NCBI GenBank assembly: GCA_010909165.1
Contig: MU008169.1
Coordinates: 1,922,001 to 1,986,000 of the forward strand
DNA length: 64,000 nt
DNA from: Anthoceros angustus
Lineage: Eukaryota; Plantae; Anthocerotophyta
Direction: 5' to 3'
Shown here: piece after piece, positions 47,756-58,995 of the stretch
How positions within the stretch are numbered: position 1 is the stretch's first letter
Layout: each line of letters begins with the position of its first letter
Notes under the pieces: model-generated
Told to the model about the DNA's origin: nothing
Seen by the model: the letters and a program-made list of their open reading frames with translations, nothing else
Database searches by the model: none
Made by a program: the position numbers and the translations under genes

Positions 47756-48977
47756 ACAGCTATGATTGCTTTTGTCTAACCTAGTGCCATTGCACTAACG
47801 GAGAAATGGAGCGGGATACAGCATTCGTTGCTCATTTCTAAATGATCCCCGAATCTCATTTCTCACTTCACTTCCCTATCTGCATGATGGGAATTAGGAA
47901 CAAGGTCCTAGGCCACATACTACACTGCCGACGGTGAGACATACAACTGGGCATATTAATCCTATCTCATAAGTTATGAGTTCGGAATGATGTGCCAAGC
48001 CATTTCCTACTGCCTGCATTGTCAACATGATAATTTTTGAAGGGGGGGAATATAGTAACCCCCTTCGGTCGAGACAGCACCCCCTTGTCACGATGTACAC
48101 CCTTCCTACAACAGCATATCTACCCTACTTCGATAATGCGCACACCCTTTCTGAGCTCATACCTTTGATAAAAGACGCACTTTCAAGTCTACACCCTAGA
48201 ACTGGAGCACAGTAGGGTGTGGGCCCGTCTCCGTTTTTGTAGAATGCTTAGAGGGCTGCCATTTTTATTTGTTTATTACAACCGAAAACTTTTACTTTCA
48301 AGTGGTGGAACACAATGAAAACAATCCTGTACTAGCGGGAGTCTCATTTCAAAGGTCGTGAGAACATTGCAACAAACAACTGCTAAAGGAGGAAGTGGTC
48401 ATCAGCATCGACAATAGTCATTCAAGAGTGCAGCCTGGCGACTCATCCATGCCTTGCGCTGAAACTGAGTCAAGTACCACCGCTGCCACGCTCCCAAGCT
48501 TCTCAAGCTTCCCTAGCTTCCCAAGCTTCCGAAGCTCTCGGCCTTCAGGCTCCAACGACATCCTTCTCCCAATGAATCTGGGCAACAAGAGTAGAGGATA
48601 AGAGCGGTAAAAGGGTGCACAAAGTAGCGGCGTGGCAGAGGGACAGAGGGGCGGCGTAGAGGACTGCACCACCACAATAGCAGAGGGCCTATAGAGTAGT
48701 AACACGGAGGGCATGTAGGCACATGTAAACGGGTGGAGGTGGGAGGAGGAAGTGGAGGGCATGAGGCCGAAGGTAAGCGATCGTCGACCTCAAAATAGGT
48801 AAAAAGAAAAGTTAAAAGTGAGATAAAAAGGTAAACTAAAGATAAAATCCTAAACCCTAAAATATTATTTTAATGAAACTTTAAATCTCTCACATCTATC
48901 TCTCAAAAGTAACTTAAGTGTTCCAAAGCCATATGGTACTTTTAAGTGTAGCATCAAACCATGCTTGGACCCATTAG

Positions 48978-49460
48978 ATGCCGAGGATCGATGAAATCCT
49001 CGACCGGGTACACGAGTCTCTCAGTGTTTCACCAAGATTGACCTACGATCCGGGTTCACCAAATTAGAATCAAGCGAGGAGACGAATTCAAAACAGCATT
49101 CATAACCAGACACGGGCCTTTCGAGTTTACAGTATGCCTTTCGGCCTCACCAATGCACCGGCGACATGATCCAATGCATGATACAAGAGATCTTTAGGCC
49201 ATTGCTTGGTCACGAGGTTGAAGTCTTCCGGGATGATAGTCTTGTCCACACCCCTGACATAGAATCCCACATCGAGATGGTTAGAAGGGTGTTGAGCTTG
49301 CTTAGGGCTAAAAGCTCTTGGCTAAGTGCAGCAAGTGCTTGATCATGAGGAAAGAAGTAGAATACCTTGGTCATATCATCAACGCTGATGGCATCAGCAT
49401 GGACCCGAGGAAGGTGAAGGCCGTTGTGGACTGGGTCCTGCCACAGGATATCACGCAGCT
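48978..49460 (+). mobile_element. Ty3/Gypsy reverse transcriptase fragment (frameshifted)
   Basis: MPRIDEILD..FTKIDLRSGFHQIRI..DEFKTAFITRHG.FEF.VMPFGLTNAPAT..(F)RDD..SKC..EVEYLGHII...G..DP.KV. Confidence 0.9.
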
Positions 49461-50569
49461 GATATTACCCAGTCACACTTCCAAGGAGAACGTTTCAACA
49501 GAAACCATCGCTCAATTATCTGCCATGCTGTTTGCAGGTCGTTGTGCCTAAGCAACACGACACCAATGAATGCGGGGCGGTTTGATCCTGCCTCGGACAT
49601 GAGGTGGGGCTCTCCCTCTCCTTTCGAGTGAACCGGCTCCTTATTCACCGTCAAATGGAGTCATGGGTCGGTACTTCTTCGATGTGCCGCTAGGGAAGGA
49701 ACTGATACACCAAAGTTTCAAAGGGCACCCTGAACACGTTTTTATCAAATTGAGAAGAGGGAGAACGTCCACAGAGGGGGGAAACGAAACGTGCCATCAG
49801 CCCACTGCTACACAAAAATGTCCGGGCGGATTTTAGAAGCAAGAACACCGGGCCAGGACAGCTTCTGGCTCATTTCTACACCACCATTTCTAACTATGTA
49901 GTGTCTTTGTCGTTTCCTTAGGTATGCTGATGAGTCATGCTGCCTCTCCTTCCAAGTCGAGCGCTCCGGATACCCTGAACGTGGCAGTCGTGAAGGATCG
50001 GACGAGAGGTAAAGCTCTCACTGAATCCAACTGCTCATACAGCTCTTCAAGGTTAGCTAACTGTGGAAGTGCAAACAATCCATGAGCATGCTGTTACAGA
50101 AGGTCAAGCGAGTAAAAGTCATCCCTACCGCCTTCTCACATAAACTCAAAATACCATGCCGATGTTGCTGCTCATCCTCTAACTGCTCCCAGCCTACACA
50201 TGCACAGAGCCTTCATTTTTGGCTTCGGCAATAAGAAATGAGGAAAACATTGGCACAAAGAGCTGATTGTTGCTACAGCCTTCCTGCAGCGGGCCCTCTT
50301 CTGTACGCTGAAGAGGACCTCCTAATGAGCCTTTTGCGAGAGGAAAAAAGAAACTGAAAATCACCACAAGTCACATTGCAAGTATTTTAACCTCATGTCT
50401 GGGAGTTGTCGGTGCAGCTGCTCAAGAAAAGCCCCTCCAATGTTAGATGCCCAACCTACCAGCCAGCTTTCTCCAAGTCGATGACTATATATCACAACCT
50501 TATCGAACTACAGCTATAATGAATATTCTCAGGATTTCAACGGGCCGCTACAGACCTGCCACGTTACAT

Positions 50570-51607
50570 GCATGAAACTCACCGCCTCTCCGGGATGTTG
50601 AACTTCAGCAGCAAGTGAAGGTGCCTTCTCCGTGCCTTGTGACCTTCGTCGTAAGTACCATACCCAGCAATCAGGGCGGTCCATGTCACCACATTCTTTG
50701 CAACCAAGCTGTCAAAAACCTGGCGTGCATCCTCCAGTTCACCACGTTTTGCATACATGCCCACCAGGCAGGTGCCCATCACTACATTATCCAGCAGTCC
50801 TCTTTCGACAATCTATGAGTGCAATTGCATGCCCTTCTGCAAGAAAAAGTGGTCAGCAAAAATAAGGCCCGCCTCCTCCATTGTCCAAACACAACAAGCA
50901 CCTCTTGGCCCAGTCCTTGCTGTGCATACCCAGCAATCAGGGCATTCCATGTCACCACATCCTTTGTGGCCATCCTGTCAAAAACCTGGCGTGCATTTTT
51001 CATTTTGCCAACAAACAAGTTAGTAGGAATGCCACTCTGCACCACATCACAGTGCACTTTTCTGCCAGATTCCAAGTCAGCGGCAAATACACAAGCTTGA
51101 AGGGCAGCTACAACGAAGTAAGCATCCATCCGCCTTCTCTCCTGACCTACGCATCTCATGGCCTCATTAGGTTTCCCATGCTTAGTGTATGGGGAGATTA
51201 TGGAAGACCACATGAAGGTATCCGGTTTGGCCACTCTGGTGAGCACATCCATGGCCTCCTTTAGCGAACCTCCACATGCATACATGCGCAAGATATGTTC
51301 CCCAAGTATGCAGTCGACTCGTACCCAAGTTTTGGCATGAGATCATGAACGCGTCGCCCCACAACCAAATCCTTCTTAGCTGTACACAGTTTTAGCACAG
51401 TGTGTAACAGAGACTGAGAAACAGCAGAATCTATCTGCGCCAGAGATTCCAGGGCTCCAACGGCCTTACACTGCTGCACCTGGAGGCTTTGTTTGTTAGG
51501 AGTTGCCTCCCTGCGATGAGGTGAGCTGGACCTCCTCGTAGAATCCCTGTGCACACACCAGGTCCTCGTTGGGTCCACAACGGGTCCGCTTGCCATACTG
51601 TGGCCAT
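50570..51607 (-). pseudogene. Pseudogene paralogue of the PPR DYW:KP gene (multiple deletions, no PDF motif, no DYW domain)
   Basis: Starts MATVWQADPLWTQ.. like 15173; colinear with the PPR repeats but frameshifted and truncated in P2-L2. Confidence 0.9.
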
Positions 51608-52530
51608 CGTTCAGGGACCGCTGTCGGAGGATGAGTCCAACACCGCCCAGGTACTGTTTACGACCACCCCATCCGGAACTGGATCCGATGCCGCCGCCTA
51701 TGCAACACATACTTAGTATCCTCGGCCGCTGTGCGGATTTTGCCGTCCCGTAATAGGGGTGTTTGTAGGTCCCAGGACGGCACAGGGAGACAGTTGCAGG
51801 CTGGTGAAAATTTGTCAGGAGGTGTCCTTGTGGACATGGAAGCTTGGTGAGCCAGCACTGGAAATATGGAATCTGCGGTTCGAATCACTGGCATAGCGAC
51901 TAACAATTCAGAAACAGGGGGTGGTAGACCTGTCCGAAATGGGAAGAGAGTGATGTAAGAGAACTTCAACTTCCTTCCTCATCTTCATAAGCCAAGACGG
52001 CCGCCCTTGACTAGTGGTCCTCCTCAAGTGGTCTGCTGTTCACGCTACCTAGACTATAACTCCGGACCTGAATAGTGCAGGATGCATACATCTTGTGGCT
52101 GCGATTTCTGGGCAGTGCAATAGGCAGTTCTCCTCATCGTGTGCAATAGGAAGTGCTCAGATCGAAGGGTTATCTAACATTGACGCGCATACTTTAAAGG
52201 ACACATAACCTCACTCCCAAGCCTTCGCACCACGTCCACTGTCTTACTTGTACGCACTCAAAAGGGCATGCCCTCTATTCAAGGTCTCACATACCTGAAT
52301 AGCGCGCCTGTGTCGAACTTCGTGGGAAGTTTGCTACTTCGGCAGGGAAGTATACAAACAAGTTTTCAGATGCCCACTCTCTCCAACTCAAAATTCCAAG
52401 CACTCAAACCGAAGCAGGTAGAGGAACTCAGAATTCCAAGCGCTCAAACGGAAGCAAGTGGAGCCCCTGTGGCCCCCTGTCAAAGACCTGTCGCTCCGGG
52501 TTTCACTAAAATACATCGCACTCCAACCTT

Positions 52531-53285
52531 TCAATAGTAATCCGTAGTCTTCTGGGCTACCTCGGTCTGCATGTTTTCCCCACCAACACCGAAGCAGTCA
52601 GTGGTGAAGCGTCGTTTTCCGGGTCGTGACCAGCAGGCATAGCACATGTATCCTAGTCTCAAAATCAGCTGCAAGGGCAGGCTACGCACCTCAAAACTCC
52701 GTTTCAGGTGTTCAAGCTCCATATCCAAGTCATTAACAGCCTGGTTATAAGCCTGCATAGGCGAAGACTGGCTGGTTGTTTGAATCTGCAGGCAAAAACG
52801 AGTTGAGTACAGCAAATTAGACCGCCGTCAAAACCATAAATTCCTGTCAAGACTGTAAAGCCATAATATCAGGGACAACGTTCACCTTCACCACAATCTT
52901 GTACTGCAAAGGGTGGGGAAGCTTGTAGCCAGCAAACAACACGCTGGGGTCCCTGTGCAATTGCCTGCCCACCAAACAGAAACGTCAGCTCCGAAATCTT
53001 AGACCTACATCTCCACGCTGGAGAAACGCCGGCAAACGCTTACATGCGGACAACGTTGCCAATGGTATGATCCTCTCTCTGAATCGTGAAGCTAGCCGCG
53101 TTCATAATTTTCATGTCCCTTTCATAGTTCACCCTGCCGACACAAGCCCTGGACGTAATCAGTCCTATTCACAACCCATCTGGGATACAACAAGGCAAGA
53201 AGCCAATTCAGCAGCTTCTTGCGACCACCCACTTTTTCATGCCCTCGGGCACCACAAACCGCTCATATCTGTCCGGAGCATTCAT
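52531..53285 (-). CDS. NRPB11: RNA polymerase subunit 11, copy B; intact, same five-exon structure
   Basis: Hand-spliced 117-aa product with canonical GT-AG sites; 7 amino-acid differences from copy A. Confidence 0.94.
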
Positions 53286-53581
53286 TTTGCCTGGCTGCTT
53301 CAACCCAGACCAGCCTGAAGCTCGCAATCGACCACAGGACTGCCTTCTTCTTGTTCCTTCCTGCCTTCAACAACCGGACTGCCTTCGCTTGTCCCTTCCC
53401 GCGCTCAACATTTGCATTAGGGCGCCTGAACTGTAAGTCCGTATTTATTTATTAGCCTCTTGATATTTCAGTTCGCCTCATACCGTAGCCCGAAGCAGGT
53501 TGATTTGGGACCTATACACGTACATCCTGAAACTGATGAGTTGGAGGATTTACATACATACAAACATTCGTGCATAAGTAT

Positions 53582-55670
53582 ATTTTAATGGGAAAAACCA
53601 GCACGGACACCCAAGGTGGACCCCGGACGTGAAAAGGAGCAACTAAGCTCCTCACCTAAAGTTACCTACTGCTCCCAGAACATCATAGGTAGGACTACGG
53701 AGGAAATAGAAGAAGTGTCATCTGCCATCGCCGCCTTATGAAGAATTGCTGTCAAGAGGGCCCTTCGAAGGGCAACGGAGACTCGCTGGCTGAAGTAAGC
53801 TGTGAAGTAAGAAAGGGATAACCCCACACCATGCCTGTGGGTGTGGTAGGATTTGGCATGGGACTTGAGAAATTTATCGAAGTCCGCAGCCATTGCCCTA
53901 TACGTTTCGAGTGCGAGCATAATAAAGAAGTGGCTTGCTTGCATCCATTGTACTTCCTGACCTTATGAGCCGCAGCTCCGGCGGCAGCCCAACCAGGACG
54001 GTTAGTGATAACTTGAGCGGAAATGGTGTCTCGAGCAGGGTCAGTAACCACCACATCCGCCACCGAATCCTGGTCACCGTGAACAAAGTAATAGTCAGCC
54101 CTGATTGAGCGACCTGTTTGAAGAGTGTACCCTCGCTTCTTCCAGGCCATGTAGCCGCTTTCGCGAACTGTGACAAACATGATATCGCGGATAGTGTCGT
54201 GGGTGGCGATGTGATGACCCCCATGGGGACAACGAGCAAAGTGTACCCCAAAGTCATCGAGGGCAGAGACATACTCGCAGGTAAGGAGGGAAGATGCCAC
54301 ACGCTGAAGCAGGCCAAGATGGAATCGCATCGCAGTGGTGAAGGTGGTTGGTGCGATAACAAAACCTCGTATACACGGACGAGCTAGAAGCCAAGCGCTT
54401 GCGCCCTTACCAGAACAAGAGCGAAGCCGAGCTCTTGTAGACCTAGGGATGGAGGAGTCCAAGAGGACGAACTGGAAAGCTTGGCCGAGCTGCTTCTCAA
54501 GCAACAACGCCTGCAGCCCCCTGAAACTATCGGAGATGAATGTCGAGAAAGGAGCAAAATCCCGCCAACCATCCACAAAAAGCATTTATTTCCCTAGCCT
54601 GCCTCAAGGAAATTTGGAGAGGGAAGGTTCCCTCCTCTTCACTAGACACAAGATCCTCCAGAAAGGGCCTGTCTCGGAGGATGAAGCGAGAGGCTAGATC
54701 AGGAGTTGATAGGGCCTCGTTGCTTAAAAAAGCTGCGGGGGAAGAAACCTGTAGTGAGAGAAGGCCAGCACCTCCAAACTGCACTAGCATGGATGCTTGC
54801 TAGCGGGCCAAATCGCCTGAAGGGCACTCGAAAGCCCTCGGGCCCATGATATCACTAAGAGTATGCATTATCTTCCTGTCAAACCCCTGAAGTTGAGACA
54901 TGAGAACGGGAGATGGGGGGAGCGTGTGGATGAGGTAACCAGGGCGCCTAGCGAAGCAGGAGGAAAGAATTCCAAAGGCCACCTGAGCATCGCCCAACAG
55001 GGGGAGGGCCTCGACATGGGACAGGTCCTCCGCAAGAGCCTAGTCCAAGAAGCTCCCAATGAAGTCAGGGGAGCCGAAGGGGACCCCCAAAATCCGTAGA
55101 CTTGAGGCCGGAGCAATCTTCCTAGCAGGGAACTGCAAAGTGGGGAGGATACCCTAAGGGAACTGCAAAGTGGGGAGGATACCCTAAGGGAACTGCAAAG
55201 TGGGGAGGATACCCTAAGGGAACTGCAAAGTGGGGAGGATACCCTAAGGGAACTGCAAAGTGGGGAGGATACCCTATGGGGACCAGACATGGCACTTAGA
55301 GAGCTTGACTTTTAAGCAGACCAAAGAAAGCTCATGGGAGACAACCCAAGGATGTGATCTTGCTAATCACACGACCAATCCCATGATGACAGAGGCGTGC
55401 ACCCCTAGAAGGACGAGACCGGACGCTGAAACCTGTGCCACGGAGCTAGTGGAGGTCGCAAGACGTACTTGGGCAACCCAAGTAGTCTGGTCAAAGTCCT
55501 TATGCATGTGCTCAATGTGGGTTTTCATCCCTTTAACGCCACAACAGAGTAGAGCACAAACTGGACAGGGAGTGTTCTTGATGGTCAGAGAAGGTGTGGA
55601 CCGCCCCATCGCAAAGAGAAGAAATCATAGAGAGAGAACAAATTGTAGACACTAGCATGGGGTTGACAAG
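53582..55670 (-). mobile_element. Degenerate RLE-type (CRE-like) non-LTR retrotransposon, copy 2, probably with an internal deletion of the RT core
   Basis: C2H2 finger CPVC-x12-H..HMH (55567-55502); L.VKLSKC.VW and LRILGVPFGS (late RT); LGDAQVAFGILSSC; QAS..V.FGGAGL; RLRSCSGKGASAWL; zinc knuckle; RADY..DVVVTD..KVRKY..ALETY RLE motifs; 5' boundary approximate. Confidence 0.85.
55128..55277. repeat. 30-bp minisatellite x5 (GGGAACTGCAAAGTGGGGAGGATACCCTAA) inside RLE copy 2
   Basis: Directly visible; five near-perfect units. Confidence 0.95.
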
Positions 55671-56152
55671 GCCAAGGAGGCACTGGGGACTGGGGACAAA
55701 GAGTCCTTGACCTTTACCGGACTTACAAAGTTTTAGCTCGGTATAGCAAACCCCAAGAGACCGGCCAAAAGGCCTCGCCTAGAGGGGATGCAGCCCACCA
55801 CACCACTGGTAACCTATCAGAGCAATACCCACACCTACCAACTTCTTGTCCAATGATTGTACATACGCAGGTACAAATCTCCAGCGCTCCACCTAGGAAT
55901 TTTAAATAGCATTCTGTGGCCTACACACGCATGAGCCGAGTCGTTGTACCATCGCCATTGCTCTTTGTTTCAAATGCTCACCACGGTGAAGAATGCTTGC
56001 TTGATTGTCACAAGAACGAACACGATTGTCACAAGAACCAACTCTAGGACGGTCACAAACACAAGATGCTCACTCATGGTGAGGGATGTGATACTGAAGA
56101 ATGTGTGTTACAAGATTCATGGCGGATTGTTTTCCATCATCTAATTGTCAGT

Positions 56153-56330
56153 CATACATACATACATACATACATACATACATACATACATACATACATA
56201 CATACATACATACATACATACATACATACATACATACATACATACATACATACATACATACATACATACATACATACATACATACATACATCACAACATA
56301 TATACATACATACATACATACATCACAACA
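56153..56330. repeat. (CATA)n microsatellite, ~34 pure units plus an interrupted tail
   Basis: Directly visible; begins ~35 bp downstream of the HDA14 stop codon. Confidence 0.97.
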
Positions 56331-56364
56331 ACGGTACAAATATCAAGATATTTGAGCGATTCGA

Positions 56365-58396
56365 CTATAGTCCGTGAATAGCCTTGAGGCGATCGACCGC
56401 TTGCCTCACCGTGACACTAGGCTCATCATACAGAATGGCCGGGTTGTCGTACTTGGAGGACATGCTTTTATCCCCCAAGAAGGCCCGAAATGTCTCTACC
56501 ACGCTGTTGGATAGAGACGTCAAGTTGTAGCCACCCTCTAGGAAGAAGACACATCGGCCATGGCAAAGCTGCTGCGCAAGCATCTTGATGTCCTTGGCCA
56601 GGTTGTAATATGTTCTCGTGGTAAACTGCAACCCTGCCAAAGGGTCCAGCACGTGTGCATCGTACCTGTAACAGTACGTTTTAGGACAACATGGGCATTT
56701 ACTTGGCTCACAAGCTTGGAGACGGAAACAGTGAATGAAGGAAGTACCCCGCAGAAACGAGTATGATGTCAGGCTTGAACCTCTCAGCAGCTGGGAGGAT
56801 GACTTCATTGAATGTAATTTGCATGGACTCATCACCAGCACCTCCGGGTAAGGGTAAGTTCAAAGTGGTTCCTTCGCCTTCCCGTTCTCCTATGCATTCC
56901 ATTCTGCCTGTTCCCGGATATACACCAGCCTGTGCGGGAACATAATAGCCAGATGATCAATAAAACATCCGGCTCGAAATCATACTGCTAGAAAACAATG
57001 AAACAGATTACGAAAAGTCGGGGCAGTGCCTGATGAGTTGACAGAAAGAATACGTCCAGGTCAGCATAGAACATGTCGTTGGTGCCATTGCCATGGTGGA
57101 CATCGAAGTCGATAATAAAGACACGCTGGAGACCATGCACCTGCTGTGCATATCTTGCGGCAATTGCTATGTTACCAAAAACACAGAACCCCATAGGTCC
57201 ATCGGGTATGGCATGATGTCCAGGTGGTCGCACCAACGCAAACCCAACGGGTGGATTCGGTGTTTGTTTGGATGCTGCCACCTGCACACGATTGTGATAT
57301 AGACAGCTGAGTTTTGCAACATGCTCACCAGCTAATGAAACACAATCGAGCGGGTCTTCATGGGAAAGTGCACACCACCGAGTCGATCAAAGCAAAGCCG
57401 GCACCTGCTGCCAACATCGAGTCCTGGTAAGTCTGTTACCACACGATACACACAAAGCTTACTCTCTGCATTATTTCTCACATTACACAGCTGTGGAGCA
57501 ATAGACGAACCAGCTTACAGTGCATGTAGCATAAGTTGGGGCAGATTCCATGACGATAAGTCCCTCTTCCGCTGCCTTATCCATGGCCTGGAGTACAAAC
57601 GCAGTTCAGGCTTACTTACCAGCCGCAAGAACAAACTGATTTCTGAAATGCTAGGCTAGCTGCTACCCTTCTTACCCTTTCAAGGCCCTTCACATACTTC
57701 AAAGAATGTACTCTTGCAATATCTTCCTGTGATGCAGGTGCAAAGTTGTCAATCCTTATGATCTCGCTGCCTCGAGTCTGTACACAGCAGCAGCAAGCTT
57801 GTCAGAAGAGTTTCAAGCAACCCAATGCAGAGGCAGTCGCTACACATCAACAGAGCCACCAAGCATTCCTCATCACCTCAGGAGTCAGTGCAGCGGTCTG
57901 AAGTCCTTTCAAAATAGCTGGCACTCTTTCGCTGCACTCAGGGTGCCCCTCCTGCACAGATACCGTCTCAAGTCAAGTCTCATTCTATCCACTATGTCAC
58001 CACCATCCGGCCTGGAACCTGAACAAGAGTTGCATGACAACGCTGGCCAAAAACGCAGGTGAGTAACCTGATTGTGTCCCCTAGCCGGAGCAGCACAATA
58101 CAACACTCGAGCTTCCAAAACCTTCGGCAACGGTACCAGTAACTGAGGCACTTTGGTTGCAGATTCATGCAAATCCCGGCAGCCCTCAAGGCTCCTGGGA
58201 CTCGAGGACGGAGAACACCGAGTCCACGGCTGCTTGAAGCCAGTTGAAGTCTGCAACAAGCGTGCTGGACCAGGTGCATACCCTGTGAGAGGAAATCGGA
58301 AAGGGGGACCAGAGACACGAATTTCTGAACACCATGCATACCAGAACGAGGGAGCTGAAGTGCCGTCGGCGCGCCGAGCCGCCAAATGCTTCCCAT
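56365..58396 (-). CDS. HDA14: Class II histone deacetylase HDA14-like (plastid-type); multi-exon; apparent frameshift in exon 1
   Basis: [103 protein letters not shown], ends LKAIHGL*. Confidence 0.9.
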
Positions 58397-58995
58397 GGTG
58401 CTGACTAGCGATCCTCGCAGCCCGTTACTGTGCTGAGCTCATCCTGCAGGGGAAAGGAGGTGGGAAACTTGAAACAAACCCTACTTACTTGGACCTCCTG
58501 GCGATGGCATCCCATTCTCTTGCATGTGTGCTGAACAAAGACCTACATGACAAATGGCAACCTCCATGCTCCAGGTTGCTATCTTTCATCTTCCAACATA
58601 CCGTTAATTCGTTTCCGCGATACGCAATGCAAAATGCAACACTAGCATCGCAAGTTGATGTGCTAATATCACAAGACTGTGTTAACGTGAAACAGGGCGT
58701 TTCCCCTCCTCAGCCTGAGCTTGTAGAGTGAATGAAAATCGATTCACGTGCTCTGCCAGGCATTTGTTGGTGTAACGAGCGAGCGCACACCTAAAGAGGA
58801 TTTATGAAGACAGGACATGGGGTTGGTTTCCTGCATTCAAGGTTCTGGAGGAAGGCCATGGCATGCAGACCAAGCTTGGCTCGGGCGTCATTGCATTCCC
58901 GTTACATTTGACAAGTAAAAGTTTATAGCGCGGTTTGTTTCACAGTTTTGGATCTCAGTCTGAGATGCGCCTCTCCAGAGGAACTAATGCTAGTG

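Noticed and set aside
55128-55277. 30-bp direct repeats as a CRISPR array
   Set aside because: No spacers, no cas genes, eukaryotic context; this is a minisatellite.
53550-56330. RLE copy 2 targeting a (CATA)n microsatellite
   Set aside because: The long array is ~480 bp from the element and the short CATA run is ~20 bp from its 3' end; neither abuts a junction.
56066-56381. ORFs with HTYI/CMYV repeats
   Set aside because: These are translations of the (CATA)n microsatellite.
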